Of a DNA stretch of 64,000 bases, positions 9,941-22,187 are shown one piece after another. Position numbers and translations under genes: made by a program. This DNA comes from Desulfobacterales bacterium (lineage in GTDB: Bacteria; Desulfobacterota; Desulfobacteria; Desulfobacterales; JAFDDL01), in assembly GCA_963675725.2 (NCBI GenBank), contig CAXXXZ010000002.1:4143979-4207978 (forward strand), given 5' to 3'. The stretch's first letter is position 1, and each line of letters opens with the position of its first letter. Below the pieces are notes generated by a model. That model made no database searches and had not been told where the DNA came from. It saw only the letters and a list, made by a program, of their open reading frames with translations.

Positions 9941-10903
9941 ATGGCTACAAAATATCAAGATTACTATAAAATGTTTGGGCTTGAGCGAAATGCAACAGCA
10001 AAGGATATCAAAAAAGCCTACCGGAAATTGGCTCGAAAATATCATCCGGATATTAACAAAGAAAAAACAGCTGAAGAAAATTTCAAAAAAGTTACCGAGG
10101 CCTATGAGGTGCTGAAGGATCCTGAAAAGCGAAAGCTTTATGATCAATTGGGAGATGAATGGAAAAATGGACAGGATTTTAAGCCGCCGCCTGAATGGAA
10201 ACATCAACATTTTGATACAGAATCTGATCAGGGAGAATTTAATAATAGCAAAGGGTTCAGTGATTTTTTCGAAGCTTTATTTAGAGCTAACACCGGGCAA
10301 CAGGGGCAGTCAAATGATTTTGCCTATGGAAGTTGGAATTTGCGAGGGCAAGATCATGAAGCAAAAATAGAAATTAGTTTGGAAGAAGCCTATTCGGGTG
10401 CGACTAAAGGTATCAGTCTGCAGAGTTTCGAAATCGATGCCGGAGGACAGGTGAAGCCGGTGCCTCGGAACTACCAAGTTAAAATTCCAAAGGGAGTTAA
10501 CGACGGAACTAGAATCCGTATGACAGGAAAGGGAGGCCCCGGTGTGAACAGCGGACCGCCCGGTGATTTGTACCTAAAGGTCAATTTTATTCCCCATCCC
10601 CGATTTAAAGCCGTCGGGCATAATCTGAACATGGATGTACCGATTACGCCTTGGGAAGCTGCACTTGGGTCCTCAGTAATCGTCCGGCTGCTGGATGGGG
10701 AGATACAGTTGAAAATCCCGGCCGGTATCCAATCGGGCAAAAAAATGCGAATCAAGGGAAAAGGCATGCCTAAAAAAATGAATGGCCATGGTGATCTTTA
10801 TGCATGCATTATCATTGTGATGCCGCAGACATTGACCCAAAAACAAACGGAGTTGTTTGCCGAACTATCCAAAATATCTGATTTCAATCCGCGTGATTCA
10901 TAA
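9941..10903 (+). CDS. cbpA: curved-DNA-binding J-domain co-chaperone CbpA
   Basis: J domain (DYYKMFGLERNATAKDIKKAYRKLARKYHPD). No Cys-rich zinc-finger region. DnaJ C-terminal beta-domains are present. Followed by cbpM. Confidence 0.88.
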   Translation: MATKYQDYYKMFGLERNATAKDIKKAYRKLARKYHPDINKEKTAEENFKKVTEAYEVLKDPEKRKLYDQLGDEWKNGQDFKPPPEWKHQHFDTESDQGEFNNSKGFSDFFEALFRANTGQQGQSNDFAYGSWNLRGQDHEAKIEISLEEAYSGATKGISLQSFEIDAGGQVKPVPRNYQVKIPKGVNDGTRIRMTGKGGPGVNSGPPGDLYLKVNFIPHPRFKAVGHNLNMDVPITPWEAALGSSVIVRLLDGEIQLKIPAGIQSGKKMRIKGKGMPKKMNGHGDLYACIIIVMPQTLTQKQTELFAELSKISDFNPRDS

Positions 10904-10915
10904 TGGAGACTACAG

Positions 10916-11254
10916 ATGACGAGAAATTATTATCATATTATTCATTACCAACATAATCATTACCAGACATCTTCCGAGCTTGTTTCGATAGATGAGCTGG
11001 CGAGGTTATCCAAACAGCACCTCGATATGATCAAATTAATGGTCGATTGGGGGCTAATCGAACCTTCCATAACGGATCCGCAACCTCTTTTCTTTGAAGC
11101 TACGGTTCCTATAATCTGGAAAATTATGCGTATACGAAAAGATTTGGGGGTAAACTGGTCTGGTATCGGTGTCATACTCACCCTTTTGGAACGAGTTGAA
11201 AGTCTGGAAAAAGAAGTTGCGCGATTGGAACAAAACTCCAATATCCTTAAGTAG
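10916..11254 (+). CDS. cbpM: chaperone modulator CbpM (MerR-like)
   Basis: DLGVNWSGIGVILTLLERVESLEKE matches the CbpM signature (E. coli [25 protein letters not shown]). Lies immediately after cbpA. Confidence 0.8.
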   Translation: MTRNYYHIIHYQHNHYQTSSELVSIDELARLSKQHLDMIKLMVDWGLIEPSITDPQPLFFEATVPIIWKIMRIRKDLGVNWSGIGVILTLLERVESLEKEVARLEQNSNILK

Positions 11255-11260
11255 ATTCAT

Positions 11261-11467
11261 ATGGAGGACCCTATGATAGAAACATTTATGGAAAAGATTA
11301 AAGGTTCGGCTTTGAAAAGCATGGAGCGAATAGGTGATCAGAGTCGTCGATTTCGGGAAATTGTTTATGGAAAGGGCATGGAAGCATTTAGCCGTATTAA
11401 TCCCAAGACAAACAAGATCAAGGACAAAATGAATCATATGAGAGATTCCATTCGGAAAAAGCATTGA
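11261..11467 (+). CDS. hypothetical small basic protein
   Basis: 68-aa ORF starting 7 nt after the cbpM stop. No recognisable motif. Confidence 0.3.
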   Translation: MEDPMIETFMEKIKGSALKSMERIGDQSRRFREIVYGKGMEAFSRINPKTNKIKDKMNHMRDSIRKKH

Positions 11468-11715
11468 TGGCAAAGTCTGCTGAAAAAGGTAAAAAGGCAA
11501 TTGCCCCTCCGGTGGAAGTAGACAGCACCGTAGGAGCCGGGGATTCCGTGGTGGGGGGATTTGTACTGGCATTCTCCCAGGGCAAAGACCTTGCGGACTG
11601 TGTTCAATTCGCCTGCGCCGCTGGAACGGCAACCGCGCAAACACCCGGGACGGAGCTTTGCCATCGCGTGGATGTTGAAGATATTTTATCCAGGGTTCAG
11701 CTATCAAATATATAA
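11467..11715 (+). pseudogene. C-terminal remnant of a PfkB-family sugar kinase (1-phosphofructokinase-like)
   Basis: VDSTVGAGDSVVGGFVLAFSQGKDL..FACAAGTATAQTPGTELC is the C-terminal PfkB signature. Only about 80 of the roughly 310 expected residues are present. Confidence 0.75.
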
Positions 11716-11739
11716 GCACCGATATCATAGCATATTTAA

Positions 11740-13380
<1,641 letters not shown>

Positions 13381-13405
13381 CGAATCACTGAAAAAGGAGG
13401 TAATT

Positions 13406-13606
13406 ATGAAACTCACCAAATCGGGATTGGAATTAAAAGAAGTAATTGAAAAGGCGATTAATAATTGTGTCATTACCAACAGCGAGTATGAGGAAATAAT
13501 GAAGATGGCAAGCAAAGACGGGGTCATTGATGATCATGAGCAGCGACTGCTCAGCCAACTCCAGGGGTTGCTGGGAAATGGTACGTTAAAGCGGGTTAAA
13601 GGCTAA
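13406..13606 (+). CDS. hypothetical small acidic helical protein
   Basis: 66 aa with an AAGGAGG RBS 5 nt upstream. No family recognised. Confidence 0.5.
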   Translation: MKLTKSGLELKEVIEKAINNCVITNSEYEEIMKMASKDGVIDDHEQRLLSQLQGLLGNGTLKRVKG

Positions 13607-13740
13607 ACCGTAGACGCTTTGCTTGGGTGCGGGCCACGCGCGAAATCCCGGGCAGGGGTTCCGTTGTGTCCCACTCAGGCTTTTCAATTCATCATCCGTG
13701 GGCTGGAAAACCGGACCAACATGTTATCCCTGAAGAGGAA

Positions 13741-16008
13741 ATGATCCTGATGCTTGTCAATTCCCGACAACTTGTGAATGAGGTCAACAACACAAAGAAG
13801 CTTGACGAAGCCCTGTCGCTTGTAGTGAAACGGACGAAATCTTCCATGGATGCAGATGCATGTTCCGTCTATCTAAATGAAACACAAACCGACCGGTATC
13901 TTCTGATGGCGGCCGATGGATTGAATCCGGATGTGGTCGGTACGGCGCGAGTAACTCGTAGTGAAGGGTTGGTGGGCTGGGTGGCCGCACATGAAGAAGC
14001 CATCAACCTTTCGAACGCAGCAGACCATCCCGGCTTCCGCCATATTCCGCAAGTCGGGAACGAGTCTTTTCAAGGCTTTATGGGGGCACCCATCATTCAT
14101 CATGGCCGTGTCCTGGGAGTCCTGGTGGCCCAGAAGATAGAGAAACGATGCTTTGACGATGACGAGGCGGCTTTTTTCACGACACTTGCAACCCAGCTCG
14201 GTTGGGCCATCAATCACCTGTTGGCGAAATGGGATTTCAGCAAGCAACTAAACGGACCCTCCCGGGGAAGAATTTCTATCCGGGGTATTCCGTGCGCGCC
14301 AGGCATTGCTATTGGTAATATTGTGCTGTCGCAACCCGTGGACCTGCCATCAACACCCGATCGAAAAGCACCCGACATCGATACGGAAGAAAAAGCCTTC
14401 CAGGCCGCTGTGGTCGCAACCAAACAAGAATTGCGCGAAAGCAGTGACCGTATGAGCGGCTATCTGCCCGCCGAGGCGCATTCCCTGTTCGATGCATACG
14501 CAATGATGCTTGAATCCGACCGGCTGATTGCCGCAACGGTTGCACGGATCCGAAACGGGCAATGGGCACGAGGCGCGTTAAGCGACACCATTTTGGAGCT
14601 TGCGCAGGTCTTTGAGCAGATGGATGATCCGTATCTTGCCGCACGCGCCGAAGATATCCGCAGCATTGGCCGTCACATTCTACTCCATTTGCAGGGGAAC
14701 CCTCCGGCGCAGGGCGAGTATCCGAAGCAGTGCATTCTGGCGGGAACGGAGCTCAGTCTGGCTGAAATTTCGAATGTTCCCCGGGACCGGCTGTTTGGCA
14801 TCATCTGCATGAAAGGATCGGCGTTATCCCATACGGCGATCATTTGCCGTGCATTGGGGATTCCGGCTGTGATGGGGCTGGCTGATCTTCCGATCGGCTA
14901 TTTAGAGGATTGTGAGATCGCCGTTGATGGTAGCCGGGGAGTTGTCTGCCTCAACCCGTCGGTAGCCGATATCAATAAGTTTCGACAACGCATGAAAGAA
15001 GAACAAGCCATCTTTGCCCAAGGCGAAACGCTTCGCGATCTTCCCGCGCAAACCCTGGACGGCGTATCGATTCCACTGTATGTGAATTTAGGGATTGGCG
15101 CGGAAGACATATCGACGCACGCCGATGAATATGAGGGCGTAGGCCTCTATCGCACGGAGTTTTTCTTTATTGCGAGGGACACGCTTCCCACAGAGGACGA
15201 GCAATATGCGCTTTACCGAAATTTGCTTGAATCCTTTGCGCCAAAGCCGGTGACGATTCGCACCCTTGATGCCGGCGGTGACAAGAAGCTGCCTTTTTTT
15301 CCCATCGCTGAAACCAATCCATTTCTCGGCTGGCGTGGGATACGCTTCACCCTCGATCATCCGGAGATCTTCCTGACGCAACTTCGGGCGTTGTTACGAG
15401 CCAATTCGGAGCTTAATAATTTACAGATCCTTTTTCCCATGATCAGCAGGGTAAGCGAGATTGATAAGACTCTTGGTTTAGTGGACCGTGCGTATTTGGA
15501 TTTGACGGCGGAAGGCCGAGCGGTTTCAAAACCTAAAATAGGCGCCATGATCGAAGTGCCTTCGGCGGTCTATTTAATTGCCGCACTGTCTAAACGAGTG
15601 GATTTTTTCTCCATCGGAACGAACGATCTTACCCAGTATTTATTGGCCGTGGACAGAAACAATCCTCGAGTTCATGGCGTCTACGATAATTTGCACCCTG
15701 CCGTCATCCATGTCATTCACGACATCGTCCAAAGAGCGCATCTTCAAAACAAGCCGGTCGGCGTATGCGGTGAAATGGCCGGTAACCCTGCAACCGCCCT
15801 TTTGCTGTTGGGCCTCGGCATTGACTCGCTAAGCATGAACCCTTCCAGCCTCCCACGTGTTAAATGGACCATTCGTAGCTTCACCGGGCAGCAGGCGCGC
15901 GAGCTTTCCAATAAAGCACTGGAGAGCGAAAATGAAGCGGATACGCACCAGTTGCTGAACAATGCATTGAGCGCAGTCGGCCTGAGCGCGCTCGTCTGCG
16001 TAAATTGA
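13741..16008 (+). CDS. ptsP: GAF-domain phosphoenolpyruvate-protein phosphotransferase PtsP (EI-Ntr)
   Basis: N-terminal GAF, phospho-His region GSALSHTAIICRALGIPAV, and PEP-utilising barrel motifs FFSIGTNDLTQY and CGEMAG. Start taken at ATG 13741; the ORF is open from 13627. Confidence 0.9.
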   Translation: MILMLVNSRQLVNEVNNTKKLDEALSLVVKRTKSSMDADACSVYLNETQTDRYLLMAADGLNPDVVGTARVTRSEGLVGWVAAHEEAINLSNAADHPGFRHIPQVGNESFQGFMGAPIIHHGRVLGVLVAQKIEKRCFDDDEAAFFTTLATQLGWAINHLLAKWDFSKQLNGPSRGRISIRGIPCAPGIAIGNIVLSQPVDLPSTPDRKAPDIDTEEKAFQAAVVATKQELRESSDRMSGYLPAEAHSLFDAYAMMLESDRLIAATVARIRNGQWARGALSDTILELAQVFEQMDDPYLAARAEDIRSIGRHILLHLQGNPPAQGEYPKQCILAGTELSLAEISNVPRDRLFGIICMKGSALSHTAIICRALGIPAVMGLADLPIGYLEDCEIAVDGSRGVVCLNPSVADINKFRQRMKEEQAIFAQGETLRDLPAQTLDGVSIPLYVNLGIGAEDISTHADEYEGVGLYRTEFFFIARDTLPTEDEQYALYRNLLESFAPKPVTIRTLDAGGDKKLPFFPIAETNPFLGWRGIRFTLDHPEIFLTQLRALLRANSELNNLQILFPMISRVSEIDKTLGLVDRAYLDLTAEGRAVSKPKIGAMIEVPSAVYLIAALSKRVDFFSIGTNDLTQYLLAVDRNNPRVHGVYDNLHPAVIHVIHDIVQRAHLQNKPVGVCGEMAGNPATALLLLGLGIDSLSMNPSSLPRVKWTIRSFTGQQARELSNKALESENEADTHQLLNNALSAVGLSALVCVN

Positions 16009-16103
16009 CAAATTATTCGCTATAAGTCCGGCGAAGGGGCCAGCATATTTTCTTCTTCATGAAAAGACCCTATTATCAGGGACAATTGCCGAGTGTTTAG
16101 GAG

Positions 16104-17618
16104 ATGTTTAGGAAGATGAAATTTAACACGTGGTTCAAGACACAGTCGTCATTTAGTGAAACCGAGACAGAATTTGCATTAAAATATATAATCGGGGACG
16201 GTGTTGCGTCACAGGTAATGAACATATTGACCGGAGGTGCATTTCTTGTTGCTTTTGCTGTAAATCTCGGGGCTTCCAACTTTGTGATCGGCCTTTTGGC
16301 GGCAATTGGTCCACTGGCACAGTTACTTCAGTTACCCTCAATTCTCTTGGTTGAAAAAGTTCGTAACAGAAGACTTATTGTTGTTGTCGCAGCGACTTTA
16401 AACAGACTTTGCTGGCTGATCATTGCCCTTAGCCCGTTTGTTTTTCCACCCGATGTTGCGCTCGGTGTGTTGCTTGTATTGCTTATTTTAGTTTCTGCGT
16501 TTGGCGCAGTTTCCGGGTGCAGCTGGAGTTCATGGGTGAAGGATATTATCCCGGAAAATAAAATGGGCGCTTTTTTTGCAAAAAGGATGCGTATCAGCAC
16601 TGCTTTCGGAATTGCTTTAAGCATTATTGCCGCCATATATCTTGACTTTTGGAAGAAACAATTTCCGGATAATGAATTAATAGGCTACTCGATCCTATTG
16701 TTGGCAGGTTTTGCAGCGGGTGTAATCAGCCTTTTTTTCCTTTCAAAGACCCCGGAAATACAGATGCAGGAAGTAAAGAAAAAGCAGAAAATTCTAAAAC
16801 TTCTTTCACAGCCATTCAAAGATGAAAACTTTAGAAAGCTAATCGCCTTTATGTGCTCATGGAATTTTGCGGTAAACCTTGCAGGACCTTTCTTTATGGT
16901 TTACATGCTTAAAAGGCTAGGCTTGAGCATGTCATTTGTTATAGGTCTTTCTATAATCAGCCAGATAATGAACTTTTTGTCCCTCAAAATATGGGGCAGG
17001 TATACGGATCGCTTCAGCAATAAATCCGTTCTTGCCATCAGCGGACCACTATTTATCGTATCGATACTTGCCTGGACATTTACCACAATGCCTGAAAAGT
17101 ATTTTTTTACAGTTCCTTTACTTATTATTATTCATGTTGTCATGGGTATATCTTCGGCGGGGGTATCCCTTGCTTCAGGAAACATCAGTTTGAAACTTGC
17201 CCCAAGGGGGGAAGCAACCGCCTACCTTGCAGCCAATTCTATTGCCAATTCAGTAGCGGCGGGAATAGCTCCTGTCCTTGGAGGAAAATTTGCGGATTTC
17301 TTTTCGGGAAGAGAACTGGCCTGGGCACTTAAATATACCAGCCCATCAGGCGAATTTGATATGCTGACGTTGAATCTTCAGCAGTGGGATTTCTTTTTTG
17401 CACTCGCCTTTATTATCGGATTGTATGCGCTTCACCGACTTGCAATGGTAAAAGAACAAGGAGAGGTCGATGAAAAAATTGTATTGCAGGAATTATATAC
17501 CGAAGTAAGGACCCAGGTAAGAACACTTTCGTCTTTTGAAGGAATAAAACAGATGGTAAGCTTCCCGATCATTATCCTAAAAAATATTACTGAAAGGATA
17601 ATGCCCAGCGACAAATGA
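16104..17618 (+). CDS. MFS-type transporter
   Basis: 504 aa, about 12 hydrophobic helices, with a central cytoplasmic loop (QMQEVKKKQKILKLL). Confidence 0.75.
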   Translation: MFRKMKFNTWFKTQSSFSETETEFALKYIIGDGVASQVMNILTGGAFLVAFAVNLGASNFVIGLLAAIGPLAQLLQLPSILLVEKVRNRRLIVVVAATLNRLCWLIIALSPFVFPPDVALGVLLVLLILVSAFGAVSGCSWSSWVKDIIPENKMGAFFAKRMRISTAFGIALSIIAAIYLDFWKKQFPDNELIGYSILLLAGFAAGVISLFFLSKTPEIQMQEVKKKQKILKLLSQPFKDENFRKLIAFMCSWNFAVNLAGPFFMVYMLKRLGLSMSFVIGLSIISQIMNFLSLKIWGRYTDRFSNKSVLAISGPLFIVSILAWTFTTMPEKYFFTVPLLIIIHVVMGISSAGVSLASGNISLKLAPRGEATAYLAANSIANSVAAGIAPVLGGKFADFFSGRELAWALKYTSPSGEFDMLTLNLQQWDFFFALAFIIGLYALHRLAMVKEQGEVDEKIVLQELYTEVRTQVRTLSSFEGIKQMVSFPIIILKNITERIMPSDK

Positions 17619-17793
17619 CGAGCAGAAAAAAACTCTTATAAGGCCGGGCTTTCACCTGGGACAGTTGTCTATATCTAAAAAAACAAAAAGGACTGAATGC
17701 TCAAGTTTCGATGTTTTTTCATTCGACGTTGGGTGTTGAGCGTTTCCGCCGACGGCGGATGCATCTCTTAATATCCTTTTACACGAATTCTAA

Positions 17794-19407
17794 ATGCAGT
17801 TTCCCTGGGCCTTGGCGGCTCGCCCCTTGCATCTCAAGCACAACCGTATTATAGTAAAGGAACCTATCTTGGAGAACAGGCATCCATCCGACGAATTGGG
17901 TAAGAAAATAGAGCGAGATAAGCAAATGGTAAAAGCATTTATGGAAATTTTTAATTCCTTCCTGGGTTCAGTTCGAGAACCTTTAGTGGTGCTTGACGCC
18001 GATCTGCACGTTGTAAAGGCTAATCCTTCTTTTTACCAGACTTTCAACGTCCGGCCGGAGGAAACGGAAGGAATTTTAATATACGATCTTGGCAACCGGC
18101 AATGGAACATTCCCAAATTAAAAGAATTGCTTGAAAACATTCTCCCACAGAATACCATATTCAATGACTTTGAGGTGGAACATAATTTTGAGACCATCGG
18201 TCGAAAAATAATGCATCTGAATGCCCGGCGGATCTACACGGAGGAAAACAAAACCCGGCTGATTCTGTTGGCCATCGAGGATGTGACCGATGGAGAATAT
18301 TATAAAAGACATCTTGAGGAAACGGTTGAAAAACGAACGGCCGAACTAAAATCGGCATTGGAAGAGGCGGAAAAGAGCAAACATTTTGCTGAAACAGCCC
18401 TTTTTGAAACAGAGAAATTAAAAGAACAACTCGATGCTGAGAGAAAGTACCTTCAGGATGAAATAAAACTGGAATACAACCACGAGAACATTATCGGCCA
18501 AAGTGATGAAATCAATTATGTATTCTATAAGATTGAGCAAATTGCCGCTGCAGATACTACCGTACTAGTGCTGGGCGAGACCGGAACCGGCAAAGAGCTG
18601 GTCGCCAGAGCGATTCACGGACTGAGCCTGCGTAAGGATCGCGCACTGGTCAAAATGAATTGTGCGGCACTCCCGTCAACTCTAATTGAAAGCGAACTCT
18701 TCGGCCACGAAAAAGGTGCTTTCACCGGGGCTCAGGCCAGACGGTTGGGACGATTTGAAATTGCCGATGGTGCCTCTCTGTTTCTGGATGAGATCGGCGA
18801 ACTTCCTATTGAATTGCAACCCAAGCTGCTCCAGGTGATACAGAACGGTGAGTTTGAACGTTTGGGAAGCTCCCAAACGATCAAGGTCGATGTTCGAATT
18901 ATCGCCGCCACCAATCGTAATTTGGAAGAGGAGGTCCGCAAGGGCCGATTTCGAGAGGATTTGTGGTACCGGCTGAATATTTTTCCAATCACCATGCCGC
19001 CGCTTCGGGATCGCCTGGACGACATTCCGCTGCTGGTTGATTTTTATGTTGATAAAATTTCAAAAAGGCTGGGAAAATCCATCGAGATGGTTCCGGTGGG
19101 TGTTATGGACGCGTTGCGGGACTATCCTTGGCCGGGTAACATTCGCGAACTGGAAAATGTCCTCGAACGTGCTGTGATCAGCTCATCCGGACCCAAACTT
19201 CGCCTGGTCGATGAACTGAAAAAGCCGCATAAGGATTTAATAAAATCCACTCACACCCTGGAGGATGTTGAGCGTGAATATATAACTCGCGTGCTGGAAC
19301 AGGTAAAATGGAAAGTGAGTGGTGACAACAGTGCCTCTGAAATCCTCGGCCTCGATCGGAGCACCTTGCGGGCCCGCATGCGTAAGCTCAATATTAAAAA
19401 ACCATAA
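17794..19407 (+). CDS. PAS-domain sigma54-dependent transcriptional activator (bacterial enhancer-binding protein)
   Basis: PAS N-terminus and a coiled-coil linker. AAA+ domain with GETGTGKE, the GAFTGA loop (EKGAFTGAQ) and FLDEIGE. Fis-type [22 protein letters not shown]. The true start may be ATG 17926. Confidence 0.92.
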   Translation: MQFPWALAARPLHLKHNRIIVKEPILENRHPSDELGKKIERDKQMVKAFMEIFNSFLGSVREPLVVLDADLHVVKANPSFYQTFNVRPEETEGILIYDLGNRQWNIPKLKELLENILPQNTIFNDFEVEHNFETIGRKIMHLNARRIYTEENKTRLILLAIEDVTDGEYYKRHLEETVEKRTAELKSALEEAEKSKHFAETALFETEKLKEQLDAERKYLQDEIKLEYNHENIIGQSDEINYVFYKIEQIAAADTTVLVLGETGTGKELVARAIHGLSLRKDRALVKMNCAALPSTLIESELFGHEKGAFTGAQARRLGRFEIADGASLFLDEIGELPIELQPKLLQVIQNGEFERLGSSQTIKVDVRIIAATNRNLEEEVRKGRFREDLWYRLNIFPITMPPLRDRLDDIPLLVDFYVDKISKRLGKSIEMVPVGVMDALRDYPWPGNIRELENVLERAVISSSGPKLRLVDELKKPHKDLIKSTHTLEDVEREYITRVLEQVKWKVSGDNSASEILGLDRSTLRARMRKLNIKKP

Positions 19408-19476
19408 ATTTTCATCCTCGTCTCAATCCCTCCCGATCATTTGCCACCCATAGCAACACCTTGAAGCCCCGAAAAA

Positions 19477-19507
19477 GGTCATATCCGACCACTGGTAACA
19501 TATGGCC
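19477..19507. promoter_or_regulatory. palindromic upstream activator sequence (cassette copy 1)
   Basis: GGTCATAT-N15-ATATGGCC flanked by A5/T5. Centre lies about 117 bp upstream of the GG of the sigma54 promoter. Conserved in copies 2 and 3. Confidence 0.7.
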
Positions 19508-19607
19508 CTTTTTATAGGGCAATTCATGCTGCCATGCACAGGCGTTGCAATCTAATTATCATTAAATAACAGGATGTTGAGTGACGTGTTGCTGAATTTT
19601 AGAAACC

Positions 19608-19625
19608 CGGCACAAAGAATGCAAT
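19608..19625 (+). promoter_or_regulatory. sigma54 (-24/-12) promoter, cassette copy 1
   Basis: CCGGCACAAAGAATGCAA. GG (19609-10) and GC (19621-22) are separated by exactly 10 nt. The same 17-mer occurs at 26696 and 33046. Confidence 0.8.
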
Positions 19626-19697
19626 TATAAATAATGATCGCCCGGAAAAAGTATTTTGGAGGCTAAAAAAAATTACCCCAAAAAAGGAAAACCTGTC

Positions 19698-20480
19698 ATG
19701 GAAAAAAGAATGTATCGCTTGGCGCTGATGGCAATCGTGGTCTCGTTGTTTTTAACCAGCGTCCCTCTGTTTGCGTCCGACGTGGATGATAAAATCGAAT
19801 CATCCGCAAAACAGTCTTATGTATTTAAAACCTACCTCAAGGGCGATGACATTAAAATTCAGGCCAAGGATGGCGTTGTCACCCTGACCGGAACGGTTTC
19901 AGAAGACTCCCACAAATCATTGGCCCGGGAGACGGTTGCGAGCCTGCCCGGAGTGAAAAGCGTGGACAACAAGCTGGAAGTAAATGCCGAAGCCCCGCTC
20001 GCTCTCTCGGATGCATGGCTCATAACCAAAGTAAAATCCGCACTTTTGTTCCATCGGAACGTAAGCGCCACCGGAACAGAGGTTCTATCAAAAGAAGGGC
20101 TTGTCACCTTGCGCGGCGAAGCCTCCAGCGCGGCCCAAAAAGACCTGACGGCCGAATACGTCAAGGATGTGGAAGGCGTCAAAGACGTTAAGAATGAGAT
20201 GACTCTATCAGCTGCCGCCATGAAGCCTGGTGAAAAAACGATGGGCGAAAAAATAGACACCATAGGCGAATTGATTGATGATGCGTCCATCACCGCCATG
20301 GTCAAGATGACGTTGCTGTATCATCGTTCGACCAGCGCTCTTAACACCACTGTCGAGACGACAGAAGGCGTGGTCAATTTGGGGGGCAATGCCAAAAACA
20401 TGGCCGAAAAGGACCTGGCCACCAAACTCGTTAGCGATGTTCACGGCGTAAAAAGCGTCGTCAACAACATGACCGTATAG
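19698..20480 (+). CDS. periplasmic triple-BON-domain protein (OsmY-like)
   Basis: Signal peptide LALMAIVVSLFLTSVPLFA. Three BON repeats (each ...GVVTLTG/LRG...LPGVKSV.N.L style). Confidence 0.85.
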   Translation: MEKRMYRLALMAIVVSLFLTSVPLFASDVDDKIESSAKQSYVFKTYLKGDDIKIQAKDGVVTLTGTVSEDSHKSLARETVASLPGVKSVDNKLEVNAEAPLALSDAWLITKVKSALLFHRNVSATGTEVLSKEGLVTLRGEASSAAQKDLTAEYVKDVEGVKDVKNEMTLSAAAMKPGEKTMGEKIDTIGELIDDASITAMVKMTLLYHRSTSALNTTVETTEGVVNLGGNAKNMAEKDLATKLVSDVHGVKSVVNNMTV

Positions 20481-20488
20481 GGAACCCG

Positions 20489-20671
20489 ATGATATCTTCG
20501 CCTTGTAGAAACTGCGATAAGCGTCATGTGCCCAAAAACATGTGCATGAAAGAGTGCGAGAAAATCGCGGCGATTCAACACTTTCAAACTACCGTAGGCA
20601 TACCGCCATTTGTGCGAAACGACAGCTCAGATACATTACCGGCCGTCCTGAGAGCGGTTGTCTCAAAATGA
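20489..20671 (+). CDS. hypothetical small Cys-rich protein
   Basis: 60-aa ORF starting 9 nt after the BON stop. CxxC...CxxxC pattern (SPCRNCDKRHVPKNMCMKEC). No family recognised. Confidence 0.3.
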   Translation: MISSPCRNCDKRHVPKNMCMKECEKIAAIQHFQTTVGIPPFVRNDSSDTLPAVLRAVVSK

Positions 20672-20787
20672 TGGCCACGTGCTGGGTGGACGGGCGGCGT
20701 TTCAAGCCGTTTGGATTGAAGGAACTGCGCGCCATGCGCCAGCTTTTTCTTTTCCGGGATCAACGAGGTGCCTCCCAAAATGGTTAA

Positions 20788-20912
20788 ATATGACCCTTTC
20801 CCGATGGAGATTAACAGTGGTCTTTAAATGTTTGTTTAGCAAATTACGTTTAAATATCAGAAATTTTGGTATCGTTACAGTGAATGTGTGGTACCTGGCA
20901 CAAATATTGAGT
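20788..20912 (+). promoter_or_regulatory. degenerate fourth copy of the UAS/sigma54 cassette
   Basis: Right UAS half ATATGACCC (20788-96), shared spacer TTTAAATATCAG, then TGGCACAAATATTGAG, where the -12 reads TTGA instead of TTGC. Spacing is the same as in copies 1-3. Confidence 0.45.
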
Positions 20913-21159
20913 ATTCAGTTATTAAAAGATGTCGGCACCACGATTTCCGATAGCGTTACTTTTCATATTCCGATACGCGATGACGTTTATCATGATTCGC
21001 TGCCGACCGAGGTATCTCCGCCGCCTGACGTTCGCGTTGGACCGACAATCGCGTCGTCAATCTTCAAACGGTGGAGAATTAAGATAAATTCCGGAAAAAG
21101 CCTCACCGATCTTTTGCACGGGAACTTCAGTACAAACATTATTCAACAGGAGGTCTACC

Positions 21160-21339
21160 ATGAAATCGAGCACCCAAGACAACGCAGAAGGTAAGTGGCA
21201 CAAGATGAAGGGTAAAATCAAGCAGGTCGTCGGAAAAGCAGTCGGGAACCGCGATTTGGAAGCCGAAGGCAAGGCCGAAAATGTTGATGGTAAGGTTCAA
21301 GAAAAGATCGGCGAGATCAAGGACGTCGTTGGGAAGTAA
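21160..21339 (+). CDS. CsbD-family general stress protein (not in supplied ORF track, 59 aa)
   Basis: MKSSTQDNAEGKWHKMKGKIKQVVGKAVGNRDLEAEGKAENVDGKVQEKIGEIKDVVGK. AGGAGG RBS. Confidence 0.85.
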   Translation: MKSSTQDNAEGKWHKMKGKIKQVVGKAVGNRDLEAEGKAENVDGKVQEKIGEIKDVVGK

Positions 21340-21388
21340 ACATAGACACCAGTCAAAAGAATCTGATGGCGTAATAAAGGAGGCCACC

Positions 21389-21538
21389 ATGCTTTGGACT
21401 ATATTTGTGATTCTACTGGTTTTGTGGGCGCTTGGGTTACTAACCGGATACACGATGGGCGGCATCATCCATGCCCTGCTGGTCATCGCCATTGTTGTGA
21501 TACTGATTCAAGTGTTTCAAGGACGAAGACGGGTTTAA
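21389..21538 (+). CDS. lmo0937-family small membrane protein
   Basis: MLWTIFVILLVLWALGLLTGYTMGGIIHALLVIAIVVILIQVFQGRRRV. AGGAGG RBS. A paralog lies at 31573. Confidence 0.8.
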   Translation: MLWTIFVILLVLWALGLLTGYTMGGIIHALLVIAIVVILIQVFQGRRRV

Positions 21539-21593
21539 CCCGTCTTACCATCACCAGAAAAGGTGAGGTATTAACTTAAAAGGAGTTGTTGCC

Positions 21594-21908
21594 ATGGAAA
21601 CAAGACGTTGGGCTGTCGCCTGTTTTGCTCTAATTATGTTTAGCGCCGCATATGTGGCCTTCGCATCCACATCCAAACAGGAAAGTATGGGGGAATACGT
21701 TGACGATTCGGTCATCACGGCCAAGGTCAAATCAATGCTGGCCGCAGATGATTTTCTCAAGTCATTTCAGATTGGTGTTGAAACCTACAAGGGCATCGTT
21801 CAACTGAGCGGCTTCGTTAATTCTCAAGAAGCGATCGATAATGCGGTCGAAATAACTCGCGACGTCAAGGGGGTCAAATCCGTCAAGAATGATCTGGTCG
21901 TGAAATAG
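21594..21908 (+). CDS. secreted single-BON-domain protein
   Basis: Signal peptide, then DDSVITAKVKSML...GIVQLSGFV...VKGVKSVKNDLVV. Confidence 0.85.
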   Translation: METRRWAVACFALIMFSAAYVAFASTSKQESMGEYVDDSVITAKVKSMLAADDFLKSFQIGVETYKGIVQLSGFVNSQEAIDNAVEITRDVKGVKSVKNDLVVK

Positions 21909-22187
21909 GCGGTTGTTATTTTCTCCCGGATGAAGCCGGGCGAGCACTGTTGATCCGAAACAGGGATTGACGATGTCGCGAGGGCGCTATGCACGGACAC
22001 CACGACCCGCGGCGTATACGAGTTTTCACGCGATAAGCTGCAGGCAGCGCACGCGCCTTGAATAAACTCGACCGGATTTCGTGCGTCCATTTCACCAATC
22101 CGGAGGTGCTTGCCAGTCTTCGTTTCGAGATCGATCGGGATGACGCCGTCACGGTTTTTGTGAGGCAAGAGCCATAGGAGCTGAAAC

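Noticed and set aside
17708-17762. ttcgatgttttttcattcgacgttgggtgttgagcgtttccgccgacggcgg resembles short dispersed repeats seen in some deltaproteobacterial genomes.
   Set aside because: There is only one copy in this window, so I cannot verify repetition without the genome.
21909-22187. G+C-rich 280-bp spacer before asmA with protein-like antisense translation (…IPIDLETKTGKHLRIGEMDARNPVEFIQ…).
   Set aside because: I recognised no start/RBS or family. It may be another gene remnant but is unsupported.
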